A stretch of DNA of 64,000 bases from Tubulanus polymorphus (Eukaryota > Animalia > Nemertea): the NCBI RefSeq assembly GCF_964204645.1, contig NC_134030.1:4010778-4074777 (forward strand), written 5' to 3'. Shown here piece by piece: positions 12,330 through 24,900 of the stretch; positions within the stretch are counted from its first letter, which is position 1, and each line of letters begins with the position of its first letter. A program made the translations under genes and the position numbers. The notes under the pieces are model-generated. The model saw nothing but the letters and a program-made list of their open reading frames with translations, had not been told where the DNA came from and made no database searches.

Positions 12330-14095
12330 AATTATTCAAAAGAGCTATCCATTGATAGCTTTGTGGTGGTTGTATCATTAAAATGGCGCTGGTGTTGGGT
12401 CTGTGTACATATTGTATCATATGTCGGTGAATTGGGATTGATTATTTTGTTTCCTGATCGTCCTTATTGCGACTTTACGTTTTAAATGTATGAATATTCA
12501 AAAGAGCTATCCATTGATAGCTTTGTGGTGGTTGCATCTTTGAAATGTCGTTGGTGTTGGTTCTGTGTACATATTGTATCATATGTCGCTGAATTATGAT
12601 TGATTATTTTGTTTCCTGATCGTCCTTATTGCGACTTTACGTTTTAAATGTATAAATATTCAAAGGAGCTATCCATTGATAGCTTTGTGGTGGTTGTATC
12701 TTTGAAATGTCGCTGGTGTTGGATCTCTATATATTGAATCATATGTCGCTGAATTATGATTGTTTCTGCTTCCCGATTGTCCTCATTAGGACTTAATGTT
12801 TAGAATTTGAAAATATTGAAAAGAGTTATCCATTGATAGCTTTGTGGTGGTTGTATCTTTCAAATGTCGCTGGTGTTGGTTCAGTGTATATATTGTAATA
12901 TATGTCGGTGAATTGGGATTGATTATTTTGTTTCCTGATCGTCCTATAACGACTTAATGTTTTAAATGTATAAATATTCAAAAGAGCTATCCATTGATAG
13001 CTTTGTGGTGGTTTGCATCTTTGAAATGTCGCTGGTGTTGGTTCTGTATATATTGAATCATATGTCGCTGAATTATGATTGATTCTGTTTCCTGATCGTC
13101 CTTATAACGACTTAAAGTTTTGAATGTATAAATATTCAAAGCAGCTATCCATCGATAGCTTTGTGGTGGTTGTATCATTGATATCTCGCTGGTGTTGGTT
13201 CTGTGTACATATTGTATCATATGTAGCTGAATTTTGATTGATTCTTTTTCCTGATCATCCTTATAACGACTTAAAGTTTTAAATGTATAAATACTCAAAT
13301 CAGCTATCCATCGATAGCTTTGTGGTGGTTGTATCATTGAAATGTCGCTGGTGTTGGTTCAATGTATATATTGTGATATATGTCGGTGAATTGGGATTGA
13401 TTATTTTGTTTCCTGATCGTCCTTATTGCGACTTTACGTTTTAAATGTATGAATATTCAAAAGAGCTATCCATTGATAGCTTTGTGGTGGTTGCATCTTT
13501 GAAATGTCGCTGGTGTTGGTTCTGTGTACATATTGTATCGTATGTCGCTGAATTATGATTGATTCTGTTTCCTGATCGTCCTTATAACGACTTAAAGTTT
13601 TAAATGTATAAATATTCAAAGGAGCTATCCATCGATAGCTTTGTGGTGGTTGTATCTTTGAAATGTCGCTGGTGTTGGTTCAGTGTATATATTGTAATAT
13701 ATGTCGATTAATTGGGATTGATTATTTTGTTTCCTGATCGTCCTTATTGCGACTTTACGTTTTAAATGTATAAATATTCAAGGTGCTATCCATTGATAGC
13801 TTTGTCGTGGTTGCATCTTTGAAATGTCGTTGGTGTTGGTTCTGTGTACATATTGTATCATATGTCGCTGAATTACGATTGATTCTGCTTCCCGAATGTC
13901 CTCATTACGACTAAACATTTAGATTGTAAAAATATTCAAAAGAGCTATCCATTGATAGCTTTGTGGTGGTTGAATCTTTGAAATATCGCTGGTGTTGGTT
14001 CTGTGTATATATGGTATCAGCAAATTATCATTACATACAGAGTTGCGTTTTAAGATTGTTATATTCAAAGATGCTATCGTTTGATAGCTTAACTT
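12330..14095. repeat. 162-bp satellite, ~11 copies (~9 copies at 45130-46575)
   Basis: AGAGCTATCC at 12341, 12503 etc.; AGCTATC-N4-GATAGCT palindrome in each monomer. Confidence 0.95.
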
Positions 14096-14269
14096 TGGTT
14101 CTTTGCACCTGAAGGTTGTCAGGTGTTATAAAAAAACACTAATAGTGGGGTTGAATTAAGTTACTACTTTCATAAGGCAGTCAAAGAAATTGTCCAAAAA
14201 GACCAATGAGGTTAAATTACATTGCTGCGTTATATCATGACTCAACTCATCTTCGTCGCCCTTTTTCTC

Positions 14270-14420
14270 TTGCGGAGGCCACCTTGTTTTACCGCAAGAA
14301 TTCTGGTCCACCCTAACAAAGCTGAATATCGTTCAAGTCTTTGGGATGACAATTATCAGCTGGATTCTCCTTTCTGGATACATGTTAACTGATATTCAAT
14401 TTTTATCATTTTCTTCTTGC
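14270..14420 (-). mobile_element. BEL/Pao LTR retrotransposon pol (RNase H C-terminal) remnant
   Basis: The better-preserved copy B (46790-46900) reads HVS/KENPADSCSRGSHPKDLNDIQLC*RGPEFL, matching the BEL motif WxHVxxxxNPADxxSRG...LWxxGPxFL; copy A has a further small deletion. Confidence 0.7.
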
Positions 14421-15149
14421 AAAAGTTCTTAATCAATATATAGGTGTAAAAGAATAATAGGTATGACAGAGTATAAAAGAATACGAGATATAAAAGAATG
14501 ATGTAAAATAATTATAATGTCCTTTGAACTTTACATGTCAACTAAACAGTATGGGAAATACTGCTGCCTGTTAATTACTACATTCTGTTTTAAGGGTGAT
14601 GATTAAAATTTGGATGAATCATTACTTTGTTCAGTAGATGCGTTAGATAGCCCTTGAAGCAGCTAAACTGGGTCAGAGTGTTTTATCAATGCTGATAAAC
14701 TCTAAACCTGAGTTAATAAAGCTTCAAAACATTGGAGCCAATTCTTTAAAAGTCTTGTCCATTATAGACTTAAAAGTGAAGATCGATCATCATAAACACC
14801 GGTGAAAACAATTGACGTCTCACTTAGTACCTGACGTCTCACTTTGCACTGGTGCATCCATGCACTAATGCACTTGCATGAAATGGCACTAAATACATAA
14901 AGACACACAAATTGTGTTTATGTATTTTTCAGGGTATACACATGCACACCCGCGGGTCCATGTAGCGTGCTATCTTTCTTTGTTCGTGTGTGGAAATAAT
15001 TTGTGAAAAGATTAAACACCCATTTTGTAGAGAAAAATGTGAAAGGTTAATGATTAATTGTAAAAGTGGTAGAAATTAAATGTGAAAATATCAATGTCTG
15101 AAATAATATAGTGAAGATTAAGTCGCAGTGATTATAGAGAGATTGTAGT

Positions 15150-17275
15150 GTCAGATCAACCAGATCAGTTGTACTGAGTTATCTCCCTCAAAGTCAGGAG
15201 CAACGTGACAAAGAGTCACAGTGAAAGTTAACAGTTCCAGAGGAACATCGAGTCATGAGTCTGAACTGACTTTAAATCAGGTATGATATTGAAATTGTAT
15301 AAATCAATTTTCAAAGTCTCAAAATTGAAAATTATTCATATTTTGTGTTTTCTTGTAGCAAATATTGAGAGGTCCAAAGAACTGAGTCACCAGAGATGAG
15401 ACAATCACCAGCCATCCGTTAGATGAATGTCGCCACTGAGATCAGTGGTACTGATTCATCTCCGTCAAAGTCAGCAAAAAAGTTACAGTCGCAAAGGAAA
15501 GTTAACAGTTCCAGAGGAACGTCGAGTCATTAGTCTGAACTGACTATAAATCAGGTATGATATTGAAATTATAGGGATCAATTTTCAATGTCTCAAAATT
15601 AAGAATTATTCATGTTTTGTGTTTTCTTGTAGCAAATATTGACGAATAAAGTGTCACCAGAGATGAGACAATCACCAGGCATCAGTTAGATGAATGTCAC
15701 CACTCAGATCAGTAGTAGTGAGTAATCTCCGTCAAAGTAGGGAACAAAGTTACTGAGTCACGAGGAAAGTTAACAGTTCCAACGGAACGTCGAGTCATTA
15801 GTCTGAACTGACTATAAATCAGGTATGTTAAGATACAGATAACATTGATTTCTTGTTTTAGGAAAAGTCCCAAACATTATGATGGTTTGTTACATGTTTT
15901 CTTATAGCAAATCGTTAGACACGCAATACCAGAGGAATGATCAGTCATTGAACAGACTATAAGTCAGTCATAAAAATGAAAATTACTCATATTTTTTGTT
16001 TTCTTGTAGCAAATGTGGAAAGGTTTACCGCAGAACTGATTGTCACCAGAGATGAGACAATCACCGGGCATCAGTTAGATGAATGTCACCACTGAGATCA
16101 GTAGTACTGAGTCAACTGCCTCAGTCAAGCTGCAAAGTAGAGTCACAAAGTTAACAGTTGCAAAGGAACGTCGAGTCATTAGTCTGAACTGACTATAAAT
16201 CAGGTATGATATTGAAAATTACATCAATTTTCAAGTCTTACATTATTCAAAATTATACATATTTTTTGTTTTCCTGTTGTAATAAGGAAATATCTAGAGA
16301 TGGTATGTTACTACAAGATGGAAAAATACCTTCAGGGATTCACATGAATATTATCCCTTAGTTGAAAGGATGAAAGAATGGATGAGTCATGAATCTGAAT
16401 TGACTATAAATCAGGTATATATTGTAATAGATAGATTAATTTTATTGATTTAGTGATTGTTGAAACTATCCTTTAAAGTTCGTTGTTTGATTGTCTTGTA
16501 GGTGAAAATATGTGAAACATCTAATTAAACACGATGTTGGCGTTGCTGGAACTTGGAGAACACTAATGTGTTGCTGGAACTTGGAACTGTAATGCGTCGC
16601 TGGAACTTGGAGAACTCTAGTGCGTTGCTGGAACTTGAAGAATTCTAATGCGTTGCTGGAACTTGGAGAACTCAAATGCGTTGCTGGAACTTGGAGAACA
16701 CTAATGCGTTGCTGGAACTTGGAGAACTCTAATGCGTTGCTGGAACTTGGAACTCTAATGCGTTGCTGGAACTTGGAGAACACTTATGTGTTGCTGGAAA
16801 TTGGAACTCCAATGCGTTGCTGGAACTTGGAGAACTCGAATGCGTTGCTGGAACTTGGAGAACTCTAATGCGTTGCTGGAACTTGGAGAACACTAATGTG
16901 TTGCTCGAACTTGGAGAACTCTAATGTGTTGCTCGAACTTAGAGAACTCTAATGCATGTTAAGACTTGGAGAATTATTGTCTGGGTGCAACTGACCCTGT
17001 ATGTGAACATGTGTGTTCAATTTGAATTTTATTTTAATTTAAATAAGACAAGTTAGAATATCTTTGATTGTTTCTAAAGAGTTTTTGATGTTGTTTTGAG
17101 GTGGAACTGAAATGCAGCAGTCAGTTCCGTAGTGTGTTTGAATATTGACATAACATGATGACTGACCTTGATTTATTTGTGTTGACTTCTGTCTGTGTTT
17201 GTTAATTACGACTGTTTTAATTCATTTGTTATTGCAAATACATATTTATTTCAATAAAATGGTATGAGGATCTGT
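15150..17275 (+). ncRNA. putative multi-exon non-coding or pseudogenic transcript made of ~270-bp exon-intron modules (copy B ~47680-49750)
   Basis: Repeated AATCAG|GTAT(G/A) donors (15281, 15555, 15823, 16204, 16415); (TT)CTT(G/A)TAG acceptors (15358, 15632, 15907, 16009, 16501); AATAAA at 17253; exons of 196/190/194 nt with stops in the frames I translated. Confidence 0.55.
16538..16975. repeat. 26-28-bp minisatellite GCGTTGCTGGAACTTGGAGAACTCTAAT (also 49103-49450)
   Basis: Direct inspection, ~15 copies. Confidence 0.95.
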
Positions 17276-18010
17276 AGAGGAGCCGAGTCAACTTGGTGTT
17301 GAATAAGTAAAACGAGGTGGTTAGTACTTTATAGTTGTGACTTGTGTATTTGAAGTACCGGCACGAGCTTTTAGATTTATTGATTTCATGGTGTTTAAAT
17401 GTTTAAATAAATTATATTGATTTAAAATGGTGTTTGATAATTGGTTGAAGTCTTTGTTTACTTATGTTTACTTATATGATACATGTACATATTGAACTAT
17501 TGATCACAACTACTGATCTATTCGTGGTTTAGTTGTTCGCTACAAATTGTTTTGTGGTTCTTTTTTCTGTAATCTACAGTAGACTGGGCTCTTAACTCAA
17601 ATCACATTAATCAAGTATAGTATCACATTGACTCAAGCTCTCCCTCTCTCTCTCCTCAACTGACTTGTTTGAATGGATTTTAGTTAGAACTCGGGCTACT
17701 CATGGACATGTAAACTAGTTAAAGTCCAGATTATATTTACACTTTTATAAAGTGTAATGAGAGATAACTTCAGTAAACTTTCACTTCAATTCGTGCCAAT
17801 CTTGGTCTCAGTTCGTCCCAGTAAGGGCGAGCCGGTTTACTGTAGTGTTTGTCACCTTACCCCAGACCTGCTGGATTACAATCTTATTTAAAGATGAATA
17901 TTATAGACAGCAGATTGATACACTTTTATTTTACAAACAGAAGATGTGTCAGAAATAAACTAATCTAATAGAGGTTCATAGTATACTGCGAGATGAGTTG
18001 ATCCCTATAC

Positions 18011-18240
18011 TGTACAGAGGTGTCCCGGGTTCGAATCCAGTAATAACTGTCGCTGATTCAGAGTGGGCCTGATGCTGAATAGAAGATGTACAGGGATGTC
18101 CTGGGTTCGAACCCAGTAATCGCCGACACTGATTCAGAATGGCCCTGATGCTGAATAGAAGATTTACAGGGATGTCCTGGGTTCAAACCCAGTAATCACC
18201 GACACTGATTCAGAATGGGCCTGATGCTGAATAGGGGATC
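18011..18240. repeat. 76-bp tandem repeat carrying a tRNA B-box palindrome, 3 copies (2 at 50470-50640)
   Basis: GGGTTCRAA at 18027, 18103, 18179; CTGGGTTCGAACCCAG is a perfect palindrome. Confidence 0.8.
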
Positions 18241-20785
18241 TATTGAATTGTTTTTGCTACCTCGCGCAAATCTTAGCGCGCAAAAACGAAATAATTTGTT
18301 TTTGCGCGGGAAAATTTGTTTTTTGTGGAGGATGAAAAACATATCCGTATGTCCCGATCAGCCACCAGAGTTGTTCTAGAAGAACATGGCTGATTATTCC
18401 AAGCGAATAACTTTCCTTTTCGACTATAATTAACAACCAACAATCATTACTCACCTAATATTGAATGTAAACATTGCATCAACCTTGGGATTTACGAACT
18501 TGTCGTCGAAGCGTTCGTTATCGCGCAGATAACTTAACAGTACAACATTATTCTGACGACATAAAACTGTCAAACTCGCGAATTACAGGACAGTGAAGAA
18601 TTATGACACGGGATTAATTGTATACAACATACGTCACAGGACGGAATAATACAGCGATATTGTACGTGTCCTTTTATTCATAATTCATCGTAAACTACTC
18701 GCATCCCTTCTCGTATTTAGAAACAAACATTGATTATTATCATATCGACCGGCTTATAAATTGCGACTCTTTCTCCTCTGAGATATTATTCCTGTCCCAG
18801 TGGCTTAATTTTACAAGACTGTACAACTGCCGATTGTCATCAATCGCCGTCTCGATCGGCACAGTTGTTTCCGGGTCAGCGAATGCTTAATATTTGGCAA
18901 AATCTGTCTCTGGACTCGATTGAAAACTCGAAAAGAAAATAATTATTAGTGAAAATTGTCACATCGACGCAAAATTTGAATTTATCGGTTCGGAAACATC
19001 GTAACGCGATAAAACGGTCGAAATTAAACTGACGCATTTAGATCTCGCTTCTACTAGTCTTAATAAACATATATCATTTAATGCCCCCCCGATGAAAAAA
19101 GCCGCTCTCCGGCCGAATAAAGCAATTTGCTACAGTGCGACGAGCTGCTCAATTTGGCGACAGGATTATCGACAACTCGTCTCAAATCATGGGAAGCAAT
19201 ATTTCCCTGAGGAGTATACGATCAACTAACAGCGTTCTCATTTCAGCATAGTGATCCGTTTAAAACGTATAATATCGTTAGCTACTTCTACGATACATAC
19301 GCTAATTATATACTTAATGCTTTCGATCATATTGAATTCCATCTGTCAAGACGAACAACGAAACAATTAAAACGGCTTTCATATTGTTGACGTGTTAGAA
19401 AAATAAAGAACCGAACGATATTTTGTGATGATCTGGTTTTCAGAAATCAAGAGAAGATATTTCGCAATTAACACAGTTTTCTAAAAACAGATATCATCCC
19501 TATAAACTACAAGTTTATTAGCGATGAGATTTCATATCAAAATCTGCAATAAAAAATCCAGGCCAAATATATATACCCGATACGGGTGGATAAGAGTAGA
19601 TACATTTCCCATGATATTGTACTTGGTGGGAAATGTAGGCTACGTCGAGAGCGTGTCCATTTTATAGGAACGGTCGTATCTGAATCTGTCCATATGTGGT
19701 ATTATAGCGAACATGACTGATTGCTGCTGAATTAAACTTTCGGGTTTAAATGTGACACTGGCCTATAAAACTCGCCCTGAATTATAGTAAATGAAATCCG
19801 TCTGTCAGAGACACATGTAATCATCAACCCGAGTACAACATTGTCTCTATTTGAATTGTATTTCCCGCAGAAATCAATTCCTAGATCCGATTATCAGATT
19901 GTTAATGAGCTATGAATATTATATTGGAAGGGTTGCGTTGCCATTTCACTCGCGTTTATAGTGTTATATCATCGTATGTCGGGATTGATTTCCGAACTGG
20001 GTTTGATGCGGCCTTCTTGTAAAGCACCTCTCACACGGTCCATAAATTGGGTGGAGGGAAGAAAATCACATTTTAAGTACATCCAAATTTTATTTCAACG
20101 TCAAATTCCATGGGTTACATATCATTCAATTAAAGAAACAACGCATAAATGATATAGACGACAGACTTGGCTCGTATTGTAACTTCATTGTTTCTTTTTG
20201 AATTCTATGATCAATCCCGATTGATAGGTTACCTCGAAAATCAGGTTTTTTACATTGAGTTCGGAGATGTTTAAGCATTCTCCGATAGCAGATGAGAACT
20301 CCATCGACTGTTCTAGATTACTCGCGTGCCACAGTATGAAAGTCGAACTACCGAGTTAGTTCACAAATTCACTTCTTGATTTGCATAGGGGCACCACCCG
20401 ACAATAGATAAAGACTACTCGCAGGAATCACAGAGGCCTGACACAAAAGGTATACTCGAGTGGGGGCCACCACTGGGTTTACTCACTCACAATACGGGGC
20501 TGTTGTTTTTTGTCCCTTCAAAGTAGAAATTATACCCTCCGAAACTTTATCATCTGGAGGGTTCTTAAACATTTCTGTCGGACCAAAATTCGTGTTTCAA
20601 CATGGGTCAGTTCACACCATCTATTTTCCTAAATTTTAGAGATCAACTAAATCATTTCACATAACAATTAATATCATGAATTAGGCCTACCCCTCATTAC
20701 AATCTGAAATATAAAAAAAGAAACACTCGAGGCGAGCTATCTAGTCCCGTTAAGAAAAAAAAATTGCCAGCCAAATGTATGGTTT

Positions 20786-20871
20786 ATTCTAGCGGGATTC
20801 GAAACTGCGACCTCCAGCAATAAGCAGGGGAAGCTAACAAGGCAAGCGTGCTAACCACTGGGCCATAGATC
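20786..20871 (-). pseudogene. tRNA-derived sequence (tRNA pseudogene or SINE head) with A/B boxes and downstream T-run; copy B 53171-53256
   Basis: Reverse complement GATCTATGGCCCAGTGGTTAGC...GGTCGCAGTTTCGAATCCCGCTAGAAT; T9 run ~25 nt downstream; the anticodon arm does not fold canonically. Confidence 0.65.
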
Positions 20872-21099
20872 TCAGGTAATCTATCCGGATTGTAAGTTTG
20901 CCTGCTATGTGATTTTGTATGTCTCTGCTTAAAATCGACAATTTTCAAAGTAAATCGTAGACAGTTTTTAAACGGATGAGTTAACCGGGGTAAACTTAAG
21001 ACACACCACGATGAGCATTAATTGAATTTGCGTGGTTTCGAACCAAATGAAATTTTTATGTGGTATTGATGAGGTTCGAATCCCATCAGGAAAGGATTT

Positions 21100-21213
21100 T
21101 CTTGACGTGGCGGGAATATTAGTACTTTTCATTGGTCAGGATCAGTGACGTCACACTGTCAGTATAAATACTCAGGTCAGCTGATCCCTCCTTCCAGTTC
21201 GGCCATCTTTCAG
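21100..21213 (+). promoter_or_regulatory. RNA Pol II core promoter and 18-nt first exon of gene 1 (copy B 53485-53598)
   Basis: TGACGTGG 21103, GGCGGGAA (E2F-like) 21109, ATTGG (CCAAT) 21131, TGACGTCA (CRE) 21146, TATAAATA 21163, Inr-like CCAGTT with A at 21196 (33 nt after TATA start), GCCATCTT (YY1-like), donor CAG|GTAAGC at 21214. Confidence 0.8.
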
Positions 21214-21948
21214 GTAAGCAAGCGTCGTCCATTTTATTTATTTCTTTCGATCAAATCTATTTATTAATCTTACTTGTAAATTTCATACATAGACCTTAGG
21301 TTTCGCATACGGTTTTGTTTAAGACAATTTCAAAAGTTCCGAAAGTTCGGATTATATCATATACGTGTTTAATTATGACATTTCCATTGTGATGTTCTTT
21401 TTGCTCAAAATTGTCCAAATCGTATTTTTAATATTTAGAAGTAAATTACAACATTTGACTTTCATTTTCGTTCTCGTAAAAATGAAGACGTTATTGTGAT
21501 TTTATTGAGGAATTTTATTTAATTTATTTATGAAATTTTCGGAAGCAGTTATTCTGCTGTTCAAATCTACGCGCTAATGCGGCTAGTTGACATGCCTAGG
21601 TGTAATACACAGACCGCTCAGTCTATTCAACCATGACTCGAATCCATAGAAACCTTTTATTCGAAGCGTCGTTCAACTTAATTCTGGTGGCTTCTATATT
21701 TAATATTTAGAAAATAATGATGCCCAATAATTTAATGTTATTATTATCTAATGCAAACTCGAGTTAGCTATTTCTTAAAATCAATAATTTTCGATTTTCT
21801 TGATTTTTATAACATTATTGTTTTTACATTGCAGCAGCAGCAGCAGTGACAGCAGCAGTACAAGACAAACATTGATACCAGCAAATTTATTACAACTTCA
21901 ACTTAAACTTTAAACGAATTCAACTTCTACTTCAGCAGCAACACGACC

Positions 21949-24900
21949 ATGTCTTCAAAATATGACATTTTTTCCGGATTGTTAAAGGTAGTGCGCGCCG
22001 AGGTCCTGACACTCGACCCTGTATCCCTCGGCGCGTTTTGTGATTTGAGTAAGTACAAACTCTACTTCATCAAATTCTCGATTATTTTTAGTGACAAGCA
22101 TCTAAAATTATTTGATTTCCAACATCTGAAATTGTTTGATCTCAAATTCACAATTATTTTATCTCAAATCTCCGCATTATTGGATACTAAATTTCAAATT
22201 GTCTCAATCTTCTATCATCAAATGTCAATTTCTTTCAATCCACTTTTTAATTTCGGAAAACTCAATTTATGTCTCACACTGATTTCATTTCAATTTATTT
22301 TGAAAATATCATTTTATGTTTCTAGTCTTTTATTCTTTTTCAAATTACTCGACTTAAACTCAATTTAATTTGCTAATAATTCTAATGGTGAATAATTGAA
22401 TAATTTTAATTGAATTGAATTGAATAGTGAGTAGAGGTTCTGGTGGATGAGAATGAACTTGAGGACGTAACATCATTTCCTGGTTCCTGGTTTTCAAATA
22501 TCGTCGAAATTGTGAAATATTCATCATATTTTTCATATGCAATGCTGTATCCAGTCAATAGAGATAAGTTACAACATAAACAGTTTAAACTGGCTAGGCC
22601 TCCAGACCAATGCACTTCATGGAAAATCCTGATTTATATGTTTAATAAATCAAGTAACTGGACTGCGCGGTTCAGTCCATTTTAGTCAGTAAGTAAGCAG
22701 ACTGCAGTTTAGTCCATATTTTAATCAGTAACTGGACTGCGGTGTAGTCAATATTTTAGTCAATAACTGGACTGCGCTGTAGTCCATCGTTTAGTCAATA
22801 ACTGGACTGCGGTTTTGTCGATGGTTTAGTCAATAACTGGACTGCAGTTTAGACTGCTGTTCAGGAACCGGACAGCTGTTTAGTCCGTATCCAGATACCC
22901 GTCACATTATGGGACCAACTTTTTAGATACTGCTAAAATGTAGCACTAGTATTTACGGTACTTTCGTTTTTCTCTGCGACTCCAGCATCTAACAACATGT
23001 GATTTTCTTTTTATTAATCATTGATCAAACGTCAGGAAATTCAGGATCACTTTTTTAATTAATTGGTTAAACTTCGTTCTTCATATCTCTAGGTAGTTGC
23101 TCGCAACATTTTGAGATCCTGAGATTATGGCGGGAAGGAGGTATATCTCACGACTGCTATCATGAGCTTATCTGCGAACTAGTCTCAAGCCGCACCCACT
23201 CAATGTTTATTTTAGATCTAAACTAGGATATGATGTTTGATACGAATGTCTTTCACTAGCTCGGCTCATAGTCCGAATCTTCATCGTCTATTTGTTGGCG
23301 AATCCTAAATATTGCGGCCTTGCGGTAAATAGAGTTTAAACACGATTTATTTCTAACTGAGCAGATCATCCCGTCTGTGCCTACATTTGTTGCTATAATA
23401 ACGCCCAGCTGCCATAGAATTCTTCAATGGTGTATCTGTGAGTTTTTACAAACGCCCAAGATTCCTTGTTTCCTTGTGGACTGCGAGTGACATTAACTAC
23501 CAGCAGCCATGACACGTATTCATCAATGAATCGTCTGCAACATCACTGGTTCAGTTTCAATCATCCTTACGTGCCGTTCATTTCGTGAAGTTTTGGATCG
23601 ACTATTTCATCATTTTCGTTGTTCTTGTACGGAAGTAGATTGATTTGTGTCCTCAACAGTTGCAGACTGAAGTACTCAGTAATTTCTTGCACAAGTTGAA
23701 GTTTTCTGCATCGATCATGCAGCAGATGTCCGTTGGCAGGTGTCTGTTGGTAGGTGTCCATATGCAGATGTTTTTTTGCAGTTTCAGCGTGAAATCATTA
23801 GCCATCTCTTCATTTACTTATAGGAGGTTTACATGTTTGTTATCAGTCAGCATCCCACATTATTAACATCTCGGACCAGTTATCCAGTCCAAATCGATGA
23901 ATTTCACCAACAGCACCCCCTAGAAAGAATTTATGCAATATTTTCAGCTGTTTCGAGGTAATTCCAATCAGAAACATTTGTTAACGCTTTTATCTTTTCC
24001 ACTCTATTGTGTACAAATCATTTCAATCTTTGTCGACCAAATCCAACATTCATGTTTGAGTACATAGATCCATATGTGTCGGTAATTAGCTCGCTATATT
24101 CTACTCCTTAACATTGCTTGTTATTCTTTCCTCACCTTAAAATTTTCGTTTAATTTTTCGAATCTGCAGTTTTACATCCAGGGTAATATACATGAAGCGG
24201 CCGATTACAACTTCAGGACATGCGTCAGTGAAGATTACAATTTCGGCTTCTTGTTATGGGTCGACAACAAATCGTCTATCCAGTGTTTTCAGTAAGAAAT
24301 TAACAAGCCAGGTCCCTTTGAAAAATGGGAGGGTCACATCGTATGTGACAGTCCCTGAAAAAACAGTGGGGTCCTTAAAAAATGACAGACGGGTCTGAGA
24401 CCCGGGACCTGGCTCTTATTGAAAACACTGCTATCATCCATCGCTTTTTCGTTACTACGTTCGAAGGAATTTCTGATCTTTGTCCATTGGCCCGTTTTGA
24501 CTCTTCGTCCCCTTCAATGTTCACTGTCCATTGCTTAATCATAAGGGCTTTCATGGTGCAACGATCCTACTAAGTCCCAAAGGATCAAATATCGATGACC
24601 ATTTTGACAGAACGTTTCCTTTCGTTTCTTTGTACTCAATCGACGTATCTTTTTTACATGTATGAATCATGATATTACTTTCCATTTCATTTTGATTGGT
24701 TCAGCATCCTGTTGATCGATAAATCAAGTAGCACTGTTCTTGCGGTGGACCGGTGGTCAACAATTTCTGTTGATTCTTTTTCATAATCCTTATCGCTTGC
24801 GGATTCTAGACTAAAGTTTCTTCAATTCTCTCGAATATCGTTAAAATTTTCTTGTATGTTTTTTAAAATTCCTCCAGCAACGATTCGAGAACTGTAACTT

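Noticed and set aside
12987-13619. Minus-strand 54-aa repeat ORFs
   Set aside because: Satellite translation; neighbouring monomers carry stops and frameshifts.
18011-18240. Tandem 76-nt tRNA genes
   Set aside because: Only a T-loop/B-box is present; no acceptor, D or anticodon arms fold.
21949-22368. 139-aa unspliced ORF as the real protein
   Set aside because: Paralog similarity fades just past the GTAAGT donor at 22049; the remainder is T-rich intron-like sequence.
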